A stretch of DNA of 40,361 nt. Source: Basidiobolus ranarum (lineage: Eukaryota). The stretch lies in assembly GCA_040143965.1 (NCBI GenBank), contig JASJQH010000038.1, positions 1-40,361 on the forward strand. The letters are read 5' to 3'. The notes below the pieces were generated by a model. It had not been told where the DNA came from, ran no database searches, and was given only the letters and a program-made list of their open reading frames with translations. Position 1 is the stretch's first letter. Every line of letters begins with the position of its first letter. This document shows positions 1 through 10,536 of this stretch, piece after piece. The translations under genes and the position numbers were made by a program.

Positions 1-585
1 ATTGAGTAGAAAGTTGACATTTATAGTTTTGTCAAGATGTAAACAAACTAACATGTAGAAAATGTTAAGGAAGGTCCCAGGAACATGTGTGCAAAGTTTG
101 GGGCTTCTAGCGCAAGTTTGAAAAAATCTATATATCTGAGAACTTCTAAGTTGGTAAAAATATTCTAAGTAAATTCCAACTGAGAATAATTGATAATATC
201 TTAGTGAGTTATAAGATAACTAATTACTAAGCTATATATGACTATATAGGTGCTTAGGCAATGATAATTTTAACAAGTAAAACATATCCATTTTCATTAG
301 CTAATAATTTAACTTTATTGATGGGCATTACAAAGCTGGTGAATCTTTATTCATCATATCTTTAGGTGGTAAAAGCAGATTCAGGTAGTTTTAATATGTT
401 TGAGGAAAAAAGCTTAGAAAAATTAAAAGAAGCAACTAAATTACAAGTAATATATCTAGTAGGGTGGTAAAGATTTAATATGATTTGATGAATGATTATC
501 TTGGTATAATTTTATTCAGATATAGATGGATTCAAGAGACAGAAAGGGTTCAAAAAATCTTAATAGCAAAGAAACTCTAGGGTAG

Positions 586-1882
586 CTATAAAGTAACAAA
601 TTCTGAGTTATCTACGGTAATATCATGAAGATCTCCAGAATCAGGAATTTGATCATCATCTAGTAAACGATCTTGGTCATCATATTCGTTATAGAGACGC
701 TTTAACGGGTTAGGAATTCTTGGTGAGAAGGGTTTATCGCACTTGGGTGAAGCTAGATGGGGATAATATTGACGATACGAGAAATAGGCAGTGATTATAC
801 CTAGATTATGAGCAATATTGAAATTCAGAGGATTATTTAAATTCAGAGGATTATTTAAATTATGGGCAATGGAGACTCTTGTGACTTTTGAACATGCTTT
901 GAACATACCAATCAATCCACCGATCAAAACATCTTGCCAGTGATGTCTGTAGTCACATATACGAGAGACACCTATCAAAGCGGCCCCAATCATAGGTGAT
1001 ATGCACACGAAACTCTTATAAGTATGTCCACGTTCATCGAATAAGTGCAACTTTCCAGCCAGATAAAGGGAAAGGAAAGTCAAGCCAGCGAATGATACTA
1101 AAATGATAACATAACCGTTAGATCGAGTAAAGTGGTAAATGTTTGGGAATCTTACATGAAGTGTGTCCACTGGGAAAACTTTTCATTCCATCTAATAGAA
1201 TTTTACTATTGGTTTGTTGACATATTTCGGACCCAACTAAACCTAAAGCTGGATCCTGATCTACATTCGGAATGCAGCGAGCAATAAAATCTGGACGAAG
1301 TCGACCAACAGTAGTCTACAAGAAATATCTGAGTCGAGGGTTGTAGTTTAAGAAGGAAATACATGGACAGCTACCTTCAGAATATGTGTAACCATCAACG
1401 TTAATGACATGGAGAAACTAAGTCCTGAATGGAATGGTTTATTAGTTAAAAATCGTACAAGAGAATCCAGAGAGAAAACATACCTAGCCATGCACAGTGA
1501 CAATCGTAAGGACTTCTACGGATGAATAGGGCAATTCCTGCCAAAACGACCAAAGGCACCAAGAAAGAAAAGACCTAAGACAATGAAATTTAGAGAACTA
1601 TTTCCAAAATATTGCAAGATAGAATGCACACAATGAACGTACAAATAACTGCCAGTTAGGTACGGTTCCATGAAGAGCAAATGGGTAGCTAATGGTTTTG
1701 TCTTGTAAAGAGAATTTTCTATGAAAAGGTTGTATATTATCGAACAACCAGAAGCCTAAAGAGAATATGCCTACTAAGATCCAATCTACACCATAGGAAT
1801 ATACTAATTGGCGTAAATGAGGCCGTGGGTACGTTGAGTTTCTAAAAAATCGACCTGTGTTGACAGTCATGTTTCCATACAT
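586..1882 (-). CDS. PAP2-family lipid phosphate phosphatase (DPP1/LPP1-like), multi-exon
   Basis: Spliced translation gives PFHRKFSLQDKTISYP, VGRLRPDFIARC, SFPSGH and SRICDYRHHWQDVLIG (PAP2 C1/C2/C3 motifs). GT-AG introns include an in-frame one at 801-908. Confidence 0.9.
803..874. repeat. 18-bp period tandem repeat inside a PAP2 intron
   Basis: aaattcagaggattattt occurs twice (821-856), flanked by the related units agattatgagcaatattg and aaattatgggcaatggag. Confidence 0.8.
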
Positions 1883-2269
1883 TGTCGGTTAACCCAGAAG
1901 CGAAATACCATAGGATATATGCGACAGAATAGAGCATCTGTTTGATGAATCAGAAGTTTGAGATAGGTAACAGGTACGATTTTGAAACAGAAACATGAGT
2001 CGAAACAGAAATCAGATGAGATTCCTTGTTCCAATTCGTCATGTGAACGAGAATAGATGGGACTAAAGAACATACGCGACAAAAGCGGTCTTACGATAGG
2101 CTAATAGTATGACAGCCTTATCTTTCGACCAAACAATTTTACACTTGCTCGCTACAACGGATAATGTAATATGATATAGGAACAGCAATGGAGCGGATAG
2201 ATTGAATGCAGGTTACGTCTAGAGAGTTAGATAAGATTTCCTTCACGTAATCAATCATTAAGCTTGGAT

Positions 2270-2749
2270 TTATTTTGTATAATTGAAAACGTTTCCTTTC
2301 TGAACTTTTTGAGTTTCAGCAACTCCATTCATAGCATGAATTACCGATATGGGAAGTGAATAGGGGCTGGTGGTCATGGATTTGCTTTTTCCGGGAGGGG
2401 TGGAGAGCTGTGCTTCTATTACTTCCGGTGGTGAAGTTTTGCTTCGACAAACACTGCACCAAGAGAACTTCCAAGCTATAAAAGATATAAGCAAGAGGAG
2501 AAGAGCCCCGATCCCTATCAAAACGCCATCTAATACTTCGAAGTTCTTGGGATTGGTTATAAGAGTGGCGTTGACGGTGGAATTTGTGAGGGGTGTAGGG
2601 GTGGCAATAACGGAGGAATTTGGGAGTGGTGTGGGGGGGACGGTGGCATTTGGCAACTGGGTAGATGTTAAGGATGGCTGTAAATCTAAAGGCGAACTTA
2701 GAACTACGGAAACGAAAATAAGACAAGTGAATACCAGCTGCCGCTTCAT
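2270..2749 (-). CDS. small type I membrane protein, mucin-like (signal peptide, Pro/Thr-rich ectodomain, one TM helix)
   Basis: N-terminal hydrophobic segment, repeated P-T-P-L-x-N-x-S/T units with N-glycosylation sequons, TM segment GVLIGIGALLLLLISFIAW followed by a Cys-containing tail. Confidence 0.7.
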   Translation of the reverse strand: MKRQLVFTCLIFVSVVLSSPLDLQPSLTSTQLPNATVPPTPLPNSSVIATPTPLTNSTVNATLITNPKNFEVLDGVLIGIGALLLLLISFIAWKFSWCSVCRSKTSPPEVIEAQLSTPPGKSKSMTTSPYSLPISVIHAMNGVAETQKVQKGNVFNYTK

Positions 2750-3220
2750 CTAAATTGTAATGCAAATGGCCTCTATATTGCGTTTGAACTTTCGAGTGCG
2801 AGTTGAATTTTAAAGGAACAGATAAAGGTCGGTAATTACCTGGTTGGTCTAAACTAACGCAAAACTAACGCAAATCAAAGCGATTACTCAAGTCTCGGTT
2901 GCATTGATAGTGTACTAATTATTCATGCTATGCCAACCGGTACCTATTTATATTTAGCAATGCGATGCTGCTCTCTGCACGGTTACAATCTCCCCCAGGT
3001 AGAGCACATCAACGCTTGTGACAATATATACCAAGTATGGTAATACCTTGAAATACACATGAAATGCCCACATGTTTGTTGTGTATCGGCGCTCTGTGAC
3101 CTGAAACACTTTTATTGAAGATTCACCACGATCTCACATACATCTTCCCATAGGTGAGAGATCAAGTCAACATCCTTTGCAAATGATTTATTGGTAAAAG
3201 CCGATTTTAACATGGAAAAT

Positions 3221-3712
3221 TTAAGCTTCTTCGGTGGCATCAACAGAAGCACGGGTGTAGATGAGTTGGGAACCGTGAGTGGAAACCTTACTGATCAAAC
3301 CTTGAGCTTCGAGTTCTCTGAGAGCAGCGCGAGCAAGAGAACCGTTGATGCGAAGACGATCCACCAAAACTGAAGTGGTGACAAGCTTGTAGGTAGGAGC
3401 TTCTTTCATCAATTTGTCCAAAGTGGCCTGGTCGAAGACAACCAAGTTGTTGGCCTTATCCTTGACCTTTCCTTTAGACCACTTCTTCTTAGTCTTCTTT
3501 CCTCCTGAGGAGGGCTTGGCGGGTGCGTCCTTCTTAGCCTGTAAACGAAGAGGTGTGAGTAAAGATGACTATGTATGCATTCTCTGATACACTCTCTATC
3601 CATCCTTTAATCCATCCATCCATTGAAGATAGATGGGTTAGGGTATGTTGAATGTACTATATCCTATACAGCAGTAAGGATGCATAACACTACAATGTGA
3701 AGAACGTACCAT
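3221..3712 (-). CDS. RPS25: 40S ribosomal protein eS25
   Basis: ATG-only first coding exon (3710-3712), intron 3539-3709, then [43 protein letters not shown]...[11 protein letters not shown]...QLIYTRA. Confidence 0.97.
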
Positions 3713-3877
3713 GTTTGCCGATAGAGAGAAAGATTCTGTGAAACTAGTCAAGTTCTTTTAAAAAATCATCTCGATCTACATCCACCAATCCGAGCAATCT
3801 ATCTGACCAATCAATCCGAGCAATGGGCTATATTCTCATACAATACAGTTAAATTGCTAAGCAAATGAGATTTCATA

Positions 3878-3965
3878 CATAACCTTGACCCTTCCTTAAC
3901 CCTAAATAATGGGAAATTAATGACCTAACCCTCACCATAACCCTCACCATAACCCTCATAACCTT
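3878..3965. promoter_or_regulatory. cluster of telomere-like TAACCCT motifs (candidate Tbf1/telobox sites) in the divergent RPS25-RPL42 promoter
   Basis: ttaaccctaa and cctaaccctcaccataaccctcaccataaccctcataacc. An RTCACRTG match (ATCACATG) lies at 4176-4183. Confidence 0.45.
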
Positions 3966-4320
3966 GCAGCAATGCACTTGCACAGCACTTGACATGTCTT
4001 AGGTTGGTACTCGTCACTATACAAGAGCAAGCAGTTCAGCACAGGACCCTAGAACAAGGAATTGATCACTTCTTGAATGAGTTTAAGTTCTGCATTTGAT
4101 TGAAGGTTGCGCTTAAAGCGGTGGCTAATATATGCATTGATCTCACATCGATCCACCCATGATCCACTTTGATAAATCACATGAAGCCGAGTTTTTTTTA
4201 CCAAGTATAGGGTTTCATATGATTGGTGAGGGAGCCTCGAATTGGATTAAAATTATCACTTTCTGATACAGCAATCCCTCTTTCTCTCCTCATTACCCGT
4301 CCGGTGGTAGTATTGTCAAA

Positions 4321-4762
4321 ATGGTAAGCCATCTACAGAAACGTTGAATCCATCCGTATCAGTATCTAATCATCTCCCACTAGGTCAACATTCCTAAAAC
4401 CAGAAACACTTACTGTAAGGGAAAGGCCTGCCGTAAGCACACTCCCCACAAGGTGACTCAATACAAGACCGGTAAGGCTTCCCTCTTCGCCCAAGGTAAG
4501 CGTCGTTACGACCGTAAACAGTCCGGTTATGGTGGTCAACCCAAGCCCGTCGTCCCCAGGAAGGCCAAGACTACCAAGAAGGTTGTTCTCCGTTTGGAAT
4601 GTACCGTTTGCAAGTACAAGATGCAACTTTCCTTGAAGCGTTGTAAGCACTTCGAACTTGGCGGTGATAAGAAGACCAAGGTAAATGATATTATGTTATG
4701 GTGGCAACCAAATATAGGTATTAAAATGGTTCATTATATAGGGTGCTGCTCTTGTTTTCTAA
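4321..4762 (+). CDS. RPL42: 60S ribosomal protein eL42 (L44/L36a)
   Basis: Exons 4321-4323, 4384-4680 and 4742-4762 give [29 protein letters not shown]...[15 protein letters not shown]...LRLECTVCK...[21 protein letters not shown]. Confidence 0.97.
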
Positions 4763-4990
4763 GTATTCAAAATCCTCTTTTATTCTTAAAAATAAAGACT
4801 ACTATATTCACATCATCTCGAATTCATCTTATATAACCCATCTTACCTCGGATTTACTGGTGTTGTTTTGCTTGAATAAACATTTGTTTTGAGACTGAAA
4901 TGCTAGATGACCGGAATTGATCGGAAAAAGTGGCACTTGATGTATATATATATAATTGATTTTAATCTTCTCTTCTTGCACTCTATTCTC

Positions 4991-5560
4991 ATGAACCACC
5001 TTACTAGAGCCAGTTTATTTAGAATTCATCGAGGCTTTACCACCAAAGTTGGCCTTCGATATGGTAGCACGGCAACACCAAATCTAACTCATATCGATCC
5101 CAACACTGGTAAAGCTTCTATGGTGAGCGTAACAGAAAAACCACCAACTTACCGTACCGCCATAGCCAGTGGCAAAGTATTCCTTGGAGACAAAGCGTTT
5201 CCTTTGGTTGCTGCTAATTCCATGAAAAAAGGAGACGTACTCACAGTTTCACAAATAGCCGGAATTAACGGAGCTAAACAAACTAGTAATATGATCCCTT
5301 TATGTCACCCTTTACTACTATCCCATATTGATGTCCAACTGGTGCTGAACGAAAAAGAACTGGCTGTAGATATCACAGCCAAAGTGGAATGTCAAGGAAA
5401 TACTGGAGTTGAAATGGAAGCACTCTCCGCAGTTTCCACTGCTGCCTTAACCGTATTTGATATGTGTAAAGCAGTTACTAAAAATATGATCATTAGTGAT
5501 ATCAAAGTATTGGAAAAAACTGGTGGTAAAAGTGGACATTACAAACATAATAATAAATAA
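4991..5560 (+). CDS. moaC: cyclic pyranopterin monophosphate synthase MoaC (MOCS1B/Cnx3-like) with probable mitochondrial presequence
   Basis: LTHID..GKASMVSV, KKGDVL, IPLCHPL, TGVEMEAL and KTGGKSG motifs. Arg-rich, acid-free N-terminus from the ATG at 4991; intronless. Confidence 0.93.
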   Translation: MNHLTRASLFRIHRGFTTKVGLRYGSTATPNLTHIDPNTGKASMVSVTEKPPTYRTAIASGKVFLGDKAFPLVAANSMKKGDVLTVSQIAGINGAKQTSNMIPLCHPLLLSHIDVQLVLNEKELAVDITAKVECQGNTGVEMEALSAVSTAALTVFDMCKAVTKNMIISDIKVLEKTGGKSGHYKHNNK

Positions 5561-5679
5561 CCGATTAATTGAGTTGCTTTAATCCAATCAAATCCTGAGT
5601 GTGATTTACTCATAAGCTGTCCTGTATATGAAATCATCAAACAGCTTAGAGCAGATATACGAAAGATAACCTTGAACAA

Positions 5680-6726
5680 ATGAATACAAAAAGGTACTTA
5701 TTCAATAAACCACAGGACTCGCACATAGTAGATATTAAACCATACTCACAAATAGAGGTGTAAATATCGAGGCCGGTGCTATTGTTTGTCATGACACTAA
5801 TGTCAGCGGAGATGTTACCATCGGTATTAAATCTACACACTTTCTTAGCCTAAATATATCAATAATAACCATGGTTTGTTTCTAGGTGAAGGTATTCTTT
5901 GTGCTTCATATTCAATTCAAACCAATACGAGAATTTGTTAGTAATTCCAAGGTACAAAGGAACCATTGTTCATCCACACACTAGCATTATTGCTGAAGTA
6001 GGTCCCATCATAATTGGAACCAGAAATATCGTTGAGGAAAACGTTGTCATTATTAACAAGTATGGCTTATCCCTGGTTATTTTTGTTCCTCAAGTATGAA
6101 TTTGTCTACTTACTCTCTTGTATCTGATTTTTTTCTCAAACAGAAACACTAAACCGCTTATCATTGGAGATGAGAATGTATTTGAAGTCGGCTCTTGTAT
6201 CCTTTTTTATTGAGAGTTGTTGAATCTTTGTTCTTTATTCTCAAATATTTTATACTTGACTCTCTTGACAAGATATTGAAAGCAGCCGTATTGGAAATCG
6301 GAATATATTTGAAGCTAAATGTAGGAATTCTCTAATACTCCAACCTGCGTTGGTATTTGTACTAATATTGTCGATAGCCCGTGTATTAGGAACAACTATT
6401 GTTGGGGATAACTGTGTTGTTGGTAGTGCATGCTGTACTGAAATAAGCGAGACTATTCCTGATAATACAGTGATATATGGAGCACGATGCAATCGTCGAA
6501 TTCAAAAAGAAAATACTACAGTAAGAGATTTTCAAGTATCTTCATATTGTATTATCAGTTGTAAACATATTATATATATTCAACTTTTAGAACGCGCTTC
6601 ATTTAAAGCATCTGGATTATCTTCGTGAGGTAAATACTTTTTGATACCAGGACATACACCACACACATACTGAACGATGAATTCGCATATATCTAGATAT
6701 TGCCCAAATTCAACCATCTAAGATAG
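5680..6726 (+). CDS. DCTN6: dynactin subunit 6 (p27), 9 exons
   Basis: Exons 5680-5693, 5756-5823, 5886-5891, 5960-6059, 6144-6196, 6273-6320, 6378-6520, 6591-6629 and 6697-6726 give GAIVCHDTNVSGDVTIGEGTIVHP..IIAEVGPIIIGTRNIVEE..IIGDENVFEVGS..IPDNTVIYGA..HLDYLREILPKFNHLR (left-handed beta-helix p27 signature). Confidence 0.88.
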
Positions 6727-7008
6727 ATTATTGTCGCTTATGCAGTCAGATGATATTTATATATATGATACATATATTATACCTTTATGCAGACTTCAAT
6801 ACATGTTGTTTCTGAATAAAAAAAGGAAAAAATTTATTCACCTAGGATATCTCATTGGCAGGGGCTAGGGTAGAAATGTATATATTGAGAGAGCAAATAG
6901 ATTCAATCCTCCTCCGTCTTATCACGTTGATTCATAGTCAGGTAAGTCTGTTATGACCATAGTATGTCGTGTTCATCCCGCTAATATCCATCTGATCTCC
7001 CATTAGAC

Positions 7009-7150
7009 ATGAGAGATAAGTGGAAGAAGAAGAGACAGAGACGTCTCAAGCGTAAAAGAAGAAAGATGAGAGCTAGATCCAAAGTATGTATTTTGCATCC
7101 ATCCAACGAATTCCCTGTATCTTGCTAATATTGTCATTTGCGAATAGTGA
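7009..7150 (+). CDS. RPL41: ribosomal protein eL41 (eS32), 25 aa
   Basis: 7009-7083 encodes MRDKWKKKRQRRLKRKRRKMRARSK. Intron 7084-7147, stop TGA at 7148-7150, and a probable 5'UTR intron at 6942-7006. Confidence 0.95.
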
Positions 7151-7643
7151 TCAACTCAGCAACTCCATTCCGTGCCGAAGCCGCTGATAACCTTTTGAAC
7201 TGCTTGTTTACTTTAAAAGAATAAAACTAGTTCAACTATACAATTATTTGCATTTATTTGAAATGACATTACTATTACAATTAGAAGTTTCCATTACAAA
7301 ATACACTGAGTAAATTATGCGATTATTTTTGTAACCTCAAGAGTAACGCACTCTCAATAACCGTGAAGCATTTTGTGCATGCCAAACCTATAGAACATGT
7401 GTAGTTGAGACCATATTTCTAAAATTTAATCAACTTTCAATTCGAGTAATTTTGCATCAATTTTGCACCCCCAACCTACGTAATCACGAAAAAAGGTATA
7501 CGAGTACGAATTTCTGAAATTGTAGCAAGTCATAGGGGAAATTGGGCCCAAGTATCATATCATATAGCTAAATTCACACCTCTAACAGGTTAACTCACCT
7601 TTTAAAGAAACCTCGCCCTCGCTCTCTTTCATACCTTCAAGTT

Positions 7644-9008
7644 ATGGAGGAAATTGGTATCAAACTCGAGAAACCACAGGTTCGTTTCTTTGCTTGAACT
7701 CTTTCGTATAACCTATTAAACCGAAAACCTTCTTCGCTTTTATTCTACTCTTTAGGAATCAGTCCCCGTTCACCCAAGTGAAACACTTGATACGTTGAAT
7801 GAAGAAGATCTTTATACCAAACTTAAGAAACTTCAACGTCATCTGGAGTTCTTGGAGATTCAGGAAGAATATATTAAAGACGAACAAAAGAACTTGAAGA
7901 GAGAACTCATCCGGGCTCAAGAAGAAGTAAAGAGAATTCAATCGGTTCCTCTGGTTATTGGACAATTTTTGGAACCTATCGATGAGCATACTGGTATTGT
8001 CGGTTCAACCACTGGTTCCAACTATGTTGTACGTATATTGAGTACTATCGATCGTGAACTACTCAAGCCTAGTTCTTCTGTGGCTTTACACAGACACTCC
8101 AACGCTCTGGTGGATGTTCTTCCACCTGAAGCTGATAGTAGCATAGCTTTGTTAAGTGCAGCTGAGAAACCTGATGTTTCCTATGCTGATGTTGGTGGTT
8201 TAGATATTCAAAAGCAGGAAATTCGCGAAGCAGTTGAATTACCTTTGACTCACTTTGATTTATACCGACAAATTGGTATCGACCCACCTCGTGGTGTGCT
8301 TCTCTACGGACCTCCAGGTACCGGTAAAACCATGTTGGTCAAGGCAGTTGCCAATCACACAACCGCTTCGTTCATTCGTGTGGTTGGTTCTGAATTCGTT
8401 CAAAAGTACCTTGGTGAAGGGCCACGAATGGTACGTGACGTCTTCCGTCTAGCCAGAGAGAACTCCCCAGCCATTATCTTTATCGATGAAGTAGATGCTA
8501 TCGCCACTAAGCGGTTCGACGCCCAAACCGGTGCTGATCGTGAAGTTCAACGTATTCTTCTTGAGTTACTGAATCAAATGGACGGTTTCGATCAAAGCTC
8601 TAACATCAAGGTTATCATGGCTACTAATCGTGCAGATACTTTGGATCCTGCATTGTTACGTCCGGGTAGATTGGATCGTAAGATTGAATTCCCTACTCCA
8701 GATCGTCGTCAAAAGCGGTTGATCTTCTCCACAATCACTGGACAAATGAATCTATCCGATGAGGTTGACTTGGAGGATTGTAAGTGAATGTTTGTATAGT
8801 ATTTTTATCTTACACTCACTAATCTCCCCTTTCTGTAGTCGTTTCTCGTCCTGACAAGCTTAGTGGTGCTGATATTGCAGCAATTTGTCAAGAGGCTGGT
8901 ATGCAGGCTGTGCGCAAGAATCGTTATGTGATTCTCAACAAAGACATCGAAAAGGGTTATAAATCCAACGTCAAGAAGACTGATATTGACTTTGAATTCT
9001 ACAAATAA
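7644..9008 (+). CDS. RPT3: 26S proteasome regulatory AAA-ATPase Rpt3 (subunit 6B)
   Basis: Exons 7644-7679, 7756-8779 and 8839-9008. [54 protein letters not shown] and C-terminal FEFYK. Confidence 0.97.
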
Positions 9009-9389
9009 TCACCAGCAGCCCTCACAGTTCTTTAGCGTATATAAATATATAAAGAATACCAGTAAAATTTAATACTACTTGACTCGCAGTGATTCCAGAT
9101 TTGTTTTAAAATGCAATATATTCTAAGTTCAAGAACAAAACAGAACGATTGGAAACAAGTAAATGAACACAAAGTCAAATTACAACCATAACATCCCAGT
9201 TTCTTCACTCCTCCAACAAAGGGGAGGGGAGTTATGTTTAATTTGGGGGTACATATGGCAAGATGTGCTGAGAGAACATGAATGAGATTGAGAAAGGCAA
9301 GTTGTTTTGGTGAGAAAAAGAAAGAAAAATGAGATGTTTGAAGTGAGAGTGGTTTGCAAAGTTAAATCCAAGTAGTATCATCTCGTCAT

Positions 9390-10536
9390 TTAAGCTTCCA
9401 ACATGATACCAACACCAAATCTACTGGCCCCCTTCATGTGGTCAATCTCACCACTGATGAGGAAGGAGAAGCCTGGTGCCATCTTTTCTTCCAATACTGC
9501 AGAGACCTTACCGGTAGTGTCGACTTGACCACGGAAAGTAGCCTGTCTAAAGTCGAACTTACCACCAACGGAGCAAACAGCTTCACGACGACCTTGAGCA
9601 CAGAGGATTTGGACTTCTGTACCGAAATCAACCTTTTCGTTGATTCTTTGGTAGTATGAAGCTTGAATAACACCCATGCCTTGGAATTGAGCAGTGGCGA
9701 TGTAGTTTTCTTTGGCGTATCTAGCGACGTATGCCAAGCCTGACTCTTCAATATCAGTTGTAGGCTTTTGAAGAAGACCTTCGAGACCAACAGATAAATG
9801 CTTGGTCACTGATTGAAGGTAGCTACCGACGAAAATTCCGGTGCCTTCAGCGGGAGAGGGGTTGACGGCCTTGATGTTCAAGTTGAAATCATCACCATTG
9901 TAGTCGGTCTCGAGTTGAAGCATAGAGTGTCCAGGTTGGTTGGAAAGCTATAAAGAAATGAATAACTGATAAATCGTCCTCATATTTCGTAATAACACAC
10001 TTACTTGACTTTGAACCTTGGAAACCATGTTAGGAGACCAGGCATAGTTAAGTCGGGCTTGCAAATTACCATCAGTATCAATGGTACCTTGAAGGAAAGA
10101 CTAGAACATATCTTGAGTCGAGGATTCGTGAAAATTAAACCTAGGAAAAGTTTGCATACCTTAGCACCAACAAACACAGAACCAAAACTGTATGTAGGAG
10201 GCATAACCATAGATCCAAGGGAGAATGAATGGGTGACTTGGAAGTTTTGGGATAAAACCTTTGTCAAGTCAGCTCTAGCACCATCGAAGACATGGTTGGT
10301 CAAGAAAGTATCTAAAGAAATAGGAATTCCAGTTAGCCCAGTACTCTAGATGGGCTTCTAATTTTACTCCATATATGCTATCAAATAACGTGCTAAAACT
10401 GAAACTCACTTTTGACTTCACGTTGAAGAGCCTCGTAGGAACCAGGATTTGGGAGACCAAGACCGGCCTTGTATTCGTTGAAGCGTTGAATCAAATACAA
10501 AGGATTCCAAATTGGGGCAAGACCAGAGTTCGACAT
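9390..10536 (-). CDS. TOM40: mitochondrial outer membrane import channel Tom40
   Basis: LGLPNPGSYEALQREVK, FDGARADLTK..FQVTHSF, GSYLQSVTKHLSVGLE and FRGQVDTTGKV motifs; three GT-AG introns. Confidence 0.95.

Noticed and set aside
1-560. AT-rich window start as a DNA transposon end
   Set aside because: No partner inverted repeat, target-site duplication or transposase motif is visible in the window.
1867-2082. 71-aa ORF overlapping the PAP2 start
   Set aside because: It is out of frame with PAP2, an in-frame stop precedes the PAP2 ATG, and no plausible intron joins them. At most an unsupported uORF.
3539-3709. Longer RPS25 intron as a possible snoRNA host
   Set aside because: No C/D boxes; only a short hairpin formed by low-complexity GGAT repeats.
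4366-4650. Antisense ORF over RPL42, and similar shadow ORFs over RPT3, TOM40, kinesin, eRF1 and FAB1
   Set aside because: They mirror codon-biased conserved genes and show no independent motifs.
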